IMG/VR virus record: IMGVR_UViG_3300042922_001010
Span: 1-56,683 of that record
Strand: one strand, 5' to 3'
DNA: 56,683 nt
Origin: a virus
Taxonomy: Duplodnaviria > Caudoviricetes
A model generated the notes under the pieces. That model saw only the letters and a program-made list of their open reading frames with translations, did no database searches and was not told where the DNA came from. The stretch's first letter is position 1; each line of letters starts with the position of its first letter. Below, in pieces: positions 10,040 through 18,189 of this stretch. Position numbers and translations under genes: made by a program.

Positions 10040-10549
10040 TCAGCCTCCCGTGCCGGTGATGCGGTCCCGTCGGTCGTTGAGCGAGGTGATGTTGTCGCTG
10101 ACGGGCCGGGCGTTGCCGACGCCGTACTCCTCGGGCACATCGACCTCGAGGCGGAGCTTGAGTCGGTCGCCGTAGGTGGCGCCGAACATGGCGACGCGGA
10201 TCCGGATTTCGGCCGCGCGCTCGGAGTTCTTCCCGCCGCTCATCCACATCTGGTGATGCAGGAGCGCGGTGTCGAGTAGGTAGTCCCAGTCGGGGGCGGT
10301 GAGCATGCGGGCGGCCTGCGGCGACTCGCGCCAGTTCTGCCACCACCGCACGGTCTGCGGGTGCCACTCCTCGCGCTGGATCTCGCCTTCCCAGTAGTCC
10401 GGGTCTTCGTCTTTCTTCTCGACGGGCGGAAGCACGTCGTTCGGGAGCGGGAACCCACCGAGCCGGCCGTCGGACTTGACGACGTCGCGCACTGCGTTGT
10501 CGCGCGCGCGGGAGCGGCTCGCGTTGGGGATCGGACCGTTACCGGCCAT
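10040..10549 (-). CDS. Terminase small subunit
   Basis: MAGNGP N-terminus; WHPQTVRWW, DWDYLLDTALLH, AAEIRIRVAMFGAT...DRLKLR. Confidence 0.9.
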   Translation of the reverse strand: MAGNGPIPNASRSRARDNAVRDVVKSDGRLGGFPLPNDVLPPVEKKDEDPDYWEGEIQREEWHPQTVRWWQNWRESPQAARMLTAPDWDYLLDTALLHHQMWMSGGKNSERAAEIRIRVAMFGATYGDRLKLRLEVDVPEEYGVGNARPVSDNITSLNDRRDRITGTGG

Positions 10550-10826
10550 GCGCGATCACCCCGGCGAGCGCGCGGGCGGCGTAGCGCTCCTGCACGCGGA
10601 GATTGACGCGGGTGAACAGAGGGGGCTCGGTGCCGCCGATGTTCGCGTCTGCTGCAGCGCCGGGCGCGAGCGAGAGAGCGGAGAGGCGCATACCGCGCAC
10701 GGCTTCCCATCCGCGGCCCTCGGCGAGCACGACGCGGACGTTGTGAGCGAGCTCGGGGTGCTCGAGGCGCCACGCGTCGGCGTCGGCGCTGTCGAGCGCG
10801 AGCACGACGAAGTCAGTTTTGGACAT
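10539..10826 (-). CDS. Hypothetical protein
   Basis: GGAGA RBS; overlaps terminase small start. Confidence 0.65.
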   Translation of the reverse strand: MSKTDFVVLALDSADADAWRLEHPELAHNVRVVLAEGRGWEAVRGMRLSALSLAPGAAADANIGGTEPPLFTRVNLRVQERYAARALAGVIAHGR

Positions 10827-10869
10827 GGTGTCTCCATCCGGAACGGAAGCCCGCGCCAGAACGACCGGG

Positions 10870-10900
10870 AAACGACAAAACCCCTCCGGCGGGGAGGGGT
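10870..10900 (-). terminator. Intrinsic terminator after tRNA-Gly
   Basis: ACCCCTCC-CCGCC-GGAGGGGT followed by TTTGTCGTTT. Confidence 0.7.
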
Positions 10901-10911
10901 GGGGTACTGCA

Positions 10912-10987
10912 TGGAGCCTCACGCGGGACTTGAACCCGCACCTTCCGGGTGGAAGCCGGATGCCCTACCTGATTGGGCTAGTGAGGC
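10912..10987 (-). tRNA. tRNA-Gly(TCC)
   Basis: Acceptor GCCTCAC/GTGAGGC, anticodon arm TCCGG-CTTCCAC-CCGGA, T-loop TTCAAGT, U73, encoded CCA. Confidence 0.92.
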
Positions 10988-11072
10988 GAGCGCAGAGTGT
11001 GCCGATTCAAAGCCGGTAGCGAACCGAGCAGTGCGCTCACGGTTATCTCTGCTTGACGCGCGTCCGCGTCCG

Positions 11073-11143
11073 CTCCCCGCCAAGGACTCGAACCTCGGTT
11101 TCCTGATCCAGAATCAGGCGTCCTGCCACTGGACGAGCGGGGA
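11073..11143 (-). tRNA. tRNA-Gln(CTG)
   Basis: Acceptor TCCCCGC/GCGGGGA, anticodon arm CCTGA-TTCTGGA-TCAGG, GTTCGAGTC; no CCA. Confidence 0.9.
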
Positions 11144-11147
11144 TCGG

Positions 11148-11561
11148 CTAGGCGCGATGCTTAGCCGGGATGTTGTGCCAGATGACGGTCGACAGGTTGC
11201 CGATGAGCTCGGCGATGGACTCGGGATGCCGGTCCAGCCACCCGTGCGCGCGCTGCTTGCGACGCACTTTCGGTCGATGCCAGAGCAACCCGACGTGCGT
11301 GACCTCGTGGACGACCGTTGACAGTTCGACGGGCTGCGCGAGCATGATCGTCGCCTGCATGCCGTCGGCGTCTTCCTCGCCGTACGTCGTCGAGAACCCA
11401 TTGATGTCTTCGCGCTCAACTGCGCGCTGCAGCGCGTCACGGTCGTTGAAGACGAACACGCGGACACCGTGCTCGATGGAGTAGCGGCGTTCGCTGTCGA
11501 ACTCGCCGTGCCAAGCGACGTCGGCGGCCGGCCAGTGAAACATGACGTCGTCGTCGGTCAT
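11148..11561 (-). CDS. HEXXH zincin-like protein
   Basis: VVHEVTHVG motif with downstream E (PESIA). Confidence 0.65.
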   Translation of the reverse strand: MTDDDVMFHWPAADVAWHGEFDSERRYSIEHGVRVFVFNDRDALQRAVEREDINGFSTTYGEEDADGMQATIMLAQPVELSTVVHEVTHVGLLWHRPKVRRKQRAHGWLDRHPESIAELIGNLSTVIWHNIPAKHRA

Positions 11562-11863
11562 TCGGTGTCGTCGTCCTTCACGTTGCGGACCAGGAAGACC
11601 ATCCAGCCGAAACCGCGTGCGGTGTAGAGCCGGGGCGACTCGAGCAGGGCGTCGCGCAAGCGGTTCGCGGCCCACTCATAGGGCTTCGGCTCGGACGAGA
11701 ACGGATTGACGCGCTTCGCGAGGACGACGCGTCCGAGCATGCGATAGTCGAAGGCCTTCCAGACCGCCCGGGACGCCGTGAGGAGCCATCCGAACGCGAT
11801 GTAGACGACGACCAGACCCGGGATGATGCCGAGCCCAATCCAGAACTCCACGCCGGGCGCCAT
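11558..11863 (-). CDS. Hypothetical membrane protein
   Basis: N-terminal hydrophobic helix; overlap-coupled to neighbours. Confidence 0.65.
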   Translation of the reverse strand: MAPGVEFWIGLGIIPGLVVVYIAFGWLLTASRAVWKAFDYRMLGRVVLAKRVNPFSSEPKPYEWAANRLRDALLESPRLYTARGFGWMVFLVRNVKDDDTE

Positions 11864-12054
11864 CAGTCCTCGTCCAGCTTCGCGAGGGCGCCCTCGAGCG
11901 TCTTGCGGACGGCGGCGCGGATCTCTGAGGGGTTCACGACGACGTTGGTGCCCTGCACCTCGGACTCGTACGCTCCCCCGCCGATGGCGAGCGGCTCGCG
12001 GTCGGCGACCTGGATGAGCAGGGTGATGGGCGTGAGGAAGGTCTTGTGCTCCAC
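11863..12054 (-). CDS. Hypothetical protein
   Basis: GGAGG RBS before GTG. Confidence 0.6.
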   Translation of the reverse strand: MEHKTFLTPITLLIQVADREPLAIGGGAYESEVQGTNVVVNPSEIRAAVRKTLEGALAKLDED

Positions 12055-12112
12055 GAGTGGCCTCCGATTGGGCGGATTGAGCGTTTCGGCGTTACCCGCC
12101 GGTGGGAGAGGT

Positions 12113-12283
12113 TCATTTCCGATGTGGGCGGGGGCTGACTTCGGTCTCGGTGTAGCTGCGGGTGATGTGTCCGCAGTGACGTCGTTGGCAGATGACGACG
12201 ACTCTCCCTAGGGACTCGGCACCGTAGGCGTAGACGTGTTCGTATCGGTGTCCGAGCAGGCGGCAGAGGAATGGCGGGTTCAT
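12113..12283 (-). CDS. Small Cys/His protein (DUF1660-like), absent from ORF track
   Basis: AAGGAGAG RBS; MNPPFLCRLLGHRY...CQRRHCGH, 56 aa. Confidence 0.65.
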   Translation of the reverse strand: MNPPFLCRLLGHRYEHVYAYGAESLGRVVVICQRRHCGHITRSYTETEVSPRPHRK

Positions 12284-12527
12284 CGGTCTCTCCTTGTCGG
12301 CACGACGGTCGGACGATGAGCGATCTGCTGATATTCAGCGGATATAAGTCAGTTCGCGAAGCCGTCGGCGAGAGCGAGCCATGCCGACGAGCCCGCACCC
12401 GATGCCGGCGCACGCGAAGACGAACGAGACGAGGCTGAGAAGCAGGGCGGGATGCAACGTGCGCCTCCGAATCGCGGGCGGATCAATACCCCCCAGACCC
12501 GCGCGCACCGCGAGGGACAGAACGGAG

Positions 12528-12760
12528 CGGGCGGGGAGGCAGGGGTGGGGCGGGGGGTGGGTGCCCCGGGGTGCGTGGGGTGTCAAGCGGCTGGACAGTG
12601 TGCGTGTGTCGCTGTGTCAAGTGACGCGACAGTGTCGGGGTGTCTGTGTGTGCGTCGCTGTGTGGGTGTCAGGGGTGCGCGACAGGGGCAGGGTGTCGGC
12701 ACTAGCTGTGTGCGTGTGGGTGCGCGTCGCTGTGTCTGTCCCCTATGGGTGTGCCAATGC
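12528..12760. repeat. G-run tract plus GTGTC/TGTG imperfect repeats; probable genome-end or packaging region
   Basis: Non-coding, strand-skewed low-complexity tract upstream of the late/terminase block. Confidence 0.6.
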
Positions 12761-12792
12761 CGGCGCGGGAGTCCCCTGCCACGCATCCCGAA

Positions 12793-12821
12793 TTGACAAT
12801 GCATACGCGTGTGGGTAATGT
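12793..12821 (+). promoter_or_regulatory. Near-consensus SigA promoter driving the plus-strand island
   Basis: TTGACA-17 nt-TAATGT. Confidence 0.8.
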
Positions 12822-12876
12822 GGAGGTATCGACAAGGGCTGAGCCAAGCGGCCCCGATACGGAGGGACTACACACA

Positions 12877-13398
12877 ATGAGTGAGAGAAGAAGATTCGAG
12901 ACCGTCGTTATCCTGCGGGATGGTCTGCCGGTAGCTGTCACGGCGAATGAGTCGGAAGCGCTGGCATGGTTCCAGGGTGAGCACTCGTTCTCCATGAGCC
13001 ACGCACTCGAGCACGAGGGATACGCCATCGTCACCGAGGGGGACACTGTCGCGGGCCGCGCAACGGTCACCGGATGGATGGCATTCCAGCTAGCCTCCAC
13101 GCGTCGCGGGTACGGCGTACCGGGAGCGCTTGCGCGTCTCGCCGTGGCTATTCAGGGCACCATCGCGGCGTATGACCAGGACGGCGCCAAATTGGCGGAC
13201 GCTCCGGCCGGACGCGCTGAGAACGTAGACCCGTACACGCGTGATGCCCTTGTGCCCATGCTGTCGGCATTCATCGAACTACTGAGTAACACGGGCGCGG
13301 CAGAGTCGGCGGGCGCATTCGACGCCATCCGCGGGGATCTCGACGCGTGGGCGCGTGCCGCGGCGGAGCGTATCGGCGCGGACGGCGACGCGCTGTGA
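12877..13398 (+). CDS. Hypothetical protein
   Basis: GGAGGG RBS; first gene after the promoter. Confidence 0.7.
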   Translation: MSERRRFETVVILRDGLPVAVTANESEALAWFQGEHSFSMSHALEHEGYAIVTEGDTVAGRATVTGWMAFQLASTRRGYGVPGALARLAVAIQGTIAAYDQDGAKLADAPAGRAENVDPYTRDALVPMLSAFIELLSNTGAAESAGAFDAIRGDLDAWARAAAERIGADGDAL

Positions 13399-13673
13399 GC
13401 GGCGGCGTAATGCCGACGGGCGCTACGCCCGTGGCGGAGCTGGAACGGATCGCCTCCGAGTACCCGAGCCGGGACGGTCGCGGCTACGTGACGGGGTTCT
13501 ACGTCGTGCGGCGCGGTCTCCACTCCGGTACGGAAGCGGGACCGTTCGCGACGATGGAAGCGGCAGAGACCGCCCGCTCGGAAGCGGTAACGCTTGACGT
13601 TCTCGCGATCATCTGCGGGCACGTGTTCACAGAACGCGGCACCATCGTTCGCGCGCCGGCGGGCACATTCTGA
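13395..13673 (+). CDS. Hypothetical protein
   Basis: GTGA overlap with upstream gene. Confidence 0.55.
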   Translation: MSGGVMPTGATPVAELERIASEYPSRDGRGYVTGFYVVRRGLHSGTEAGPFATMEAAETARSEAVTLDVLAIICGHVFTERGTIVRAPAGTF

Positions 13674-13781
13674 GGGCAGCGTTTCACCTACCGACGTAGC
13701 GCGGTAGGTGGGCCGGTGTCGGACAGACATCACTCATTCCCCGGTGAGCCAAGCGCCGGGACGGATCGGAGGGAACGGACC

Positions 13782-14222
13782 ATGTCCGCAGATAGGGAAG
13801 ACGTTGCCCGCATGGTTGCGGCCGTCGACAGGGGTGCGCGTTGCGAGATGTGCGGCGGTTCGCGAGTCGTGCATTTCGGCGGCGGGGCATCCGCGCCGTG
13901 CATCGTTTGCGATTCGGCGTATGCGGCCGCGCCGGTGCGCGCTGTGAGCGTGCGACGCGCTGAGGAGATCCAAGCCGGGGCCAAGCGGGCGCGGCGGCGG
14001 TTCGCGGTCGCGGTCGCTATTGCGGCCGTCGTGGCGGTCATCGTGCCTATGGCTGTGTGGGCGACGGTGGCGCATGCGCGCGACCCGCGCGGAGGGTTGC
14101 CCGCGTGCGTGACGGAGGATGCGCGAGATTGCTATTGGGATGCGTCCGAGCACGGGAACGGGGCCGGGCGGTCATTCACTGACCGCGCTGGCGTCGTGAC
14201 GTTCTGGGAGGCGGGACGATGA
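13782..14222 (+). CDS. Membrane protein with CxxC motifs and C-terminal LPACVTEDARDCYWDA domain
   Basis: RBS; one hydrophobic helix; C-terminal motif seen in actinophage proteins. Confidence 0.7.
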   Translation: MSADREDVARMVAAVDRGARCEMCGGSRVVHFGGGASAPCIVCDSAYAAAPVRAVSVRRAEEIQAGAKRARRRFAVAVAIAAVVAVIVPMAVWATVAHARDPRGGLPACVTEDARDCYWDASEHGNGAGRSFTDRAGVVTFWEAGR

Positions 14223-14821
14223 CGCGCGCGGACGTTGACGCGTGGAACGCGTACGTTGCGGGCGAGGTCGCGCGATTCTTCCAGCACTGTGAGGGCACTA
14301 CCTACATTTGGCAGGCCACCCCGGAAGCAGAACGGGCGATTGCGCGGAATGGCGGGGACTCCGAGCGGGCGGCATTCACCGGACCCTGGCACATCATCCG
14401 GAAGCACTTGACGACGGAATTCCGTCAGTGGGTGGAGGAGTACGAGGGGACCGAGCGCATTACGCCGACCGAGTGGCGCGCACGGCAAGTTGCGGGACGC
14501 GCTGAGGTCGCATGGATGGATTCCGCCGACTACAGCTTGGGACAGCTTGAGGAGCTCCGGCGACTCACCGCGGAGCGGGACGCCATCATCGTGGAAGCCG
14601 CGCGACGCGGCGCAACCAAAGTCTCTATTGCGCGTGCCGTGGGCCTGTCGCGTCAGCAGATACACACCATCGTTGCGGCCGCCGAGGTTGCGCCGGCGGA
14701 GGTGCTTGCACCCGTCACGCCGATCCGGCGGGAAGTTGCGCCCTCCGCGGAAGTTGCGGCCCCGGATGAGTCCGGCGAATGGCTGCAGACGGCATCCGGC
14801 GAATGGGTCGAAGTCTTCTGA
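14219..14821 (+). CDS. Two-domain protein with C-terminal HTH
   Basis: RDAIIVEAARRGATKVSIARAVGLSRQQIHTI helix-turn-helix. Confidence 0.75.
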   Translation: MTRADVDAWNAYVAGEVARFFQHCEGTTYIWQATPEAERAIARNGGDSERAAFTGPWHIIRKHLTTEFRQWVEEYEGTERITPTEWRARQVAGRAEVAWMDSADYSLGQLEELRRLTAERDAIIVEAARRGATKVSIARAVGLSRQQIHTIVAAAEVAPAEVLAPVTPIRREVAPSAEVAAPDESGEWLQTASGEWVEVF

Positions 14822-14920
14822 CGCACGCGGCGCGACCGGTCCAGCCGGCGGAGACCTGCGAGGGCTCACGCGCCACTCATCCCCGAGCCAAGCGGGGACG
14901 GATCGAAGGGAAGTTGCACC

Positions 14921-15328
14921 ATGGGCGAACCGATTGCCGCGACGGGATTCGACACATATCCGGACGACCGGGGCACGCTATTGCGCGTATACCACGTTGA
15001 GGCCGGTCGACGCGGTGACGCGGTCGCGGCTATCTCGCTCAGCGACGACGCGCGCGACGCTCTCCTGGGAGAACTTGCGCTAGCGATGGGGGCGCTGGAT
15101 TGCGATGAATCGACGCCCGAAGGTCTGGCGGCTCTGACGGATGCCGTCGCTCGTGTGACCGCGGCGCGGGACGCAATCAGGCGGGTTGAGTCCGAGCTGT
15201 CGATGCGGATGGTCCGGGCGCATCACGGCGCGCGGATCTTTGAGCGCGGGACGTCCCGGTATGTTTGCACGCTTGTCAAAGGTCACCAGGGGCGTTGCAG
15301 GAACACGGCGACAGGGATCGAAGCGTGA
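14921..15328 (+). CDS. Hypothetical protein
   Basis: GAAGGG RBS; C-terminal CxxxxGHxGxC. Confidence 0.65.
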   Translation: MGEPIAATGFDTYPDDRGTLLRVYHVEAGRRGDAVAAISLSDDARDALLGELALAMGALDCDESTPEGLAALTDAVARVTAARDAIRRVESELSMRMVRAHHGARIFERGTSRYVCTLVKGHQGRCRNTATGIEA

Positions 15329-15624
15329 TCTGGGAAGTTGCATCCGGCGGCCGACTGGCGACCATCTACGGCACGCACCCGGTCCTAGTTGCACTGGATC
15401 TCGGGACGCTCGAATTGCACGCTGAGCCGGTGGCGGAAGGCATCGTTCCCGTGTTCGATGACCCGTTCACCACGTACCGCGTTGCGGGTTGCGAGGTGAC
15501 CGTCTACGCGGCGAATTGCGACGGCGCGGTGATGCGCGGCGGGGAATTGCACTCCGAGCTGCGGGACTGGATTGCGGCGCGCTACGGCGTGCACCGGTGG
15601 TCGGATCCGCAGTGGAGAAGATAG
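15325..15624 (+). CDS. Hypothetical protein
   Basis: GTGA overlap with upstream gene. Confidence 0.55.
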   Translation: MIWEVASGGRLATIYGTHPVLVALDLGTLELHAEPVAEGIVPVFDDPFTTYRVAGCEVTVYAANCDGAVMRGGELHSELRDWIAARYGVHRWSDPQWRR

Positions 15625-15764
15625 CGCCGCCCCGGGAGCCTGAGCGTCACCGGGGCGGGCATGGAATGGTGCCAACGGCCAAGTTGCACCATCCCGGGTG
15701 CCGATCGAAGGGACCGAGCGTGCAGGAGTCTACATTGCGGCGACCTGCGTGGGACACTGGAACG

Positions 15765-15965
15765 GTGACCGTCCAGTACCTCTCATTGCAGGAATTTGCC
15801 GAGCGTATCGGCGTCTCCCGCGGTGCCCTCGCGGGGTACAAGTTGCCGGAACCGGACGTCCGTGTGGGGTCCGCGGCGAACTCGCCTCGAGGGTGGTCCG
15901 AGGAGACCATCGACGCCTGGAACAAGTCGCGCCCGGGGCGTGGCCGGTGGGGTTCGCGCGAGTGA
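15765..15965 (+). CDS. HTH DNA-binding protein (AlpA-like)
   Basis: YLSLQEFAERIGVSRGAL...LPEPD...GWSEETIDAWNKSRPGRG. Confidence 0.8.
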   Translation: MTVQYLSLQEFAERIGVSRGALAGYKLPEPDVRVGSAANSPRGWSEETIDAWNKSRPGRGRWGSRE

Positions 15966-16018
15966 AGTCTGCCGCGATGGGGGCCGCTCTTTGCGCGCCC
16001 GCACGTTCGCGGAAGTTG

Positions 16019-16092
16019 CGACCTCGACCGGACTCGAACCGGTAACCTCCCGCGGGACAGGCGGGCGCTCTGAGCCATTGAGCTACGGGGCC
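16019..16092 (-). tRNA. tRNA-Asp(GTC), atypical
   Basis: TAGCTCAATGG D-arm, CCCGC-CTGTCCC-GCGGG anticodon arm, GTTCGAGTC, G73; one acceptor mismatch. Confidence 0.8.
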
Positions 16093-16104
16093 AGGGGTGG
16101 ATTG

Positions 16105-16177
16105 CTCGCGCGGCTGGGATCGAACCAGCGCGCTCCCGATTAACAGTCGGGCGCTCTGCCATCTGAGCTACGCACGA
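16105..16177 (-). tRNA. tRNA-Asn(GTT)
   Basis: TAGCTCAGATGGCAGAGC D-arm, CCCGA-CTGTTAA-TCGGG anticodon arm, GTTCGATCC. Confidence 0.9.
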
Positions 16178-16483
16178 TCAGGCCAGTAGGCCCGGGTGCC
16201 GGCGTGCCGGCTCTTTGCGGCGGTTGCCGCGTCCGCCCTCGGCGGATGACTTGCGTTGGTGGTGCCACTGGCACAGCGATTGCAGGTTCGCGTCGCTGTG
16301 GTCGTCGCGGCGTTCCTGGTCGATGTGGTCGACCTGGTTCGCGCGGGCGCCACAGATGCGGTTGCGGTCGCTGCGGATGTGCTGGCACTGGTGGTGGTCG
16401 CGCGCGAGGATGCGCGGGCGGATCACCTTTTCCCAGTTTGGCGGGAGGGTGTCCTTGCGAGTGCTGCCCTGCCAGTTCGGCAA
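16178..16483 (-). CDS. HNH endonuclease (packaging-associated type)
   Basis: RILARDHHQC...C...VDHI...NLQSLCQWHH. Confidence 0.9.
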   Translation of the reverse strand: MPNWQGSTRKDTLPPNWEKVIRPRILARDHHQCQHIRSDRNRICGARANQVDHIDQERRDDHSDANLQSLCQWHHQRKSSAEGGRGNRRKEPARRHPGLLA

Positions 16484-16498
16484 GTTGCACCCCCTAGG

Positions 16499-16789
16499 TC
16501 ACTGGTTGAACCAGAATGCTCCGATGATTGCCGCGAGGACGCCGAGTACGATGCCGACTCGAGCTAGCCAGACACCGGCGAGATGCTGGCGGGTTGCGAT
16601 TGCCCCGCCGGCGATGCCAAGAGTGATTGCCGCTGCGGACGCGATGAACGCGAACGGCGCATAGCGCGCTTCGACCGTGACGGTCAGTAGCAGGCCGACG
16701 ATTCCGAGCACGAGCGCCGCGACGGCGATGCCGCTGAGTCCCTGGTTCTCGGTGTCGGCCTCGGCTGCGTGCTGATCTCCCACGGTCAT
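16499..16789 (-). CDS. Membrane protein (DUF4190-like)
   Basis: Three hydrophobic segments; AVAALVLGIVG. Confidence 0.65.
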   Translation of the reverse strand: MTVGDQHAAEADTENQGLSGIAVAALVLGIVGLLLTVTVEARYAPFAFIASAAAITLGIAGGAIATRQHLAGVWLARVGIVLGVLAAIIGAFWFNQ

Positions 16790-16821
16790 GCGGGCATCCT
16801 CGCACGGCGCCATTCCGGACG

Positions 16822-16947
16822 CTAGTTCACGGAGCGGTAGAACGCGCCGGCGGCGCGGTCTTCGGCGTCGGAGCGATCCTGGTCAGCGCATTCCTCGGCG
16901 CGCAGCTTGGACGGCCACTCGCCGCCGCATTCGGGGCACGGGCTCAC
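16822..16947 (-). CDS. Small CxxC protein, absent from ORF track
   Basis: GGGGGAG RBS; MSPCPECGGEWPSKLRAEECADQD..., 41 aa. Confidence 0.5.
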   Translation of the reverse strand: MSPCPECGGEWPSKLRAEECADQDRSDAEDRAAGAFYRSVN

Positions 16948-17043
16948 GTCACTCCCCCGTCGCGTTCGGACCGGCCTGGGATTCCACCAGGCACTCGACC
17001 TTGCAGGGCCAGGGGCATGCGTCGTTGCACATGGGCGCGCCTT

Positions 17044-18189
17044 TCAGAGCACAGTGAGGGATTGCATGTTGAAGCCGTCGTCCGTGATGTCGAACAGCAG
17101 CAGTCCGGGGTCGGAGTCGTCGCCGGCGATGTTGCGGAACCAGTCGGATCCGTTGTCGAGCGTCGGCGCCTGCAGCCACCACTTGCTCCGCCCGCTGTGG
17201 GGGTTGCGGCCAGTCGGGAGGACCGACAGGTGGTGGTAGTGGCCGGTGATGAGGATGTCCGCAGCGCCGACGGGCTGGCCGCCGTGCGTCTGCTTCGCCC
17301 ACCATTCCGGCGCCTTGCCGGGACGGAACTGATTGCCGTGCGCGAGGCCGACCTTCGTGCCGCGGACGTCGACCACCATGGACTCGTCGTACATCGGCGG
17401 GAACTGCCACGTTGCGTCGAGCCCGGCAGCCTTGGCGACCTTCTCGACCTGCTTGTGCACGAAGATCCCAAGGTCGTCGCCCGGGCGTCCGAGGTTCGTC
17501 GAGCCGCGCCGCCAGGCGGTGTGATTCGACGGGACGCACGCGAGGGTGACCGGTCCGAATCGGGCCGCGACCTTCACGAACTCGTAGAGCTCGGTCGCGA
17601 CGAGATCCATCTGCTGCGACAGCGACAGGTCGTTCGTGAACATGGGGTTACCACCGGACTCGAAGTTCTCGAACAGGTCGTTGATGTCGGGCATGAACAC
17701 GGCGTCGGGCTTGCGGCGCTTGAGCTCCGCGGTGAGCAGCGCGCGCTTCTCGGAGAGACGGTCGATGAGCTCGGGCGTCCCACCGCGGGATCCGACCTTG
17801 CCTGCCTGTACGTCAGCGATGACCGGAACGGATGTCTTGCCGCTCGAGGCGGTGACGAGTCGCGGTGCGGGTTTCCGTCTCGCAGTGGCGTACAGGGCAG
17901 GCAGGTCGTGGTGTGTGGACCGTCGCCGGAACTGGGCACGGTAGGAGTAGAGGTCGATGACGTCGCGGTCACCGTTCTCGGTCCGCTTGGACTGTTGCCA
18001 GGTGGAGCACCGGACGGTGTCGTCGACCACCTCGAAGACGTCGGGGTCCAGGTTGAACCGGCGGAAGACGTCGGTCCAGTCCGTGATGGGCGTCTCGGAG
18101 CGGATGCCGGTGAACTCGCCGCCGTCGGGGCCGAACTCGGCGCGGGCGGTGTTCTCGGGCTGGGTGTCTATGCGGTCGGCGAGGCTCAC
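17044..18189 (-). CDS. Calcineurin-like metallophosphoesterase (Mre11-like)
   Basis: DVQAGK, D..E, PSNH, AHG and GHYHH motifs. Confidence 0.85.
   Translation of the reverse strand: MSLADRIDTQPENTARAEFGPDGGEFTGIRSETPITDWTDVFRRFNLDPDVFEVVDDTVRCSTWQQSKRTENGDRDVIDLYSYRAQFRRRSTHHDLPALYATARRKPAPRLVTASSGKTSVPVIADVQAGKVGSRGGTPELIDRLSEKRALLTAELKRRKPDAVFMPDINDLFENFESGGNPMFTNDLSLSQQMDLVATELYEFVKVAARFGPVTLACVPSNHTAWRRGSTNLGRPGDDLGIFVHKQVEKVAKAAGLDATWQFPPMYDESMVVDVRGTKVGLAHGNQFRPGKAPEWWAKQTHGGQPVGAADILITGHYHHLSVLPTGRNPHSGRSKWWLQAPTLDNGSDWFRNIAGDDSDPGLLLFDITDDGFNMQSLTVL

Noticed and set aside
8280-10367. Extended N-termini given by the ORF track (terminase, integrase, Pnkp, NAMPT and others)
   Set aside because: They overlap upstream genes or regulatory sites; downstream starts with an RBS or 4-bp coupling fit better
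12570-12760. CRISPR or mini-array
   Set aside because: Repeats are short, degenerate and irregularly spaced, with no repeat-spacer periodicity; no cas genes seen
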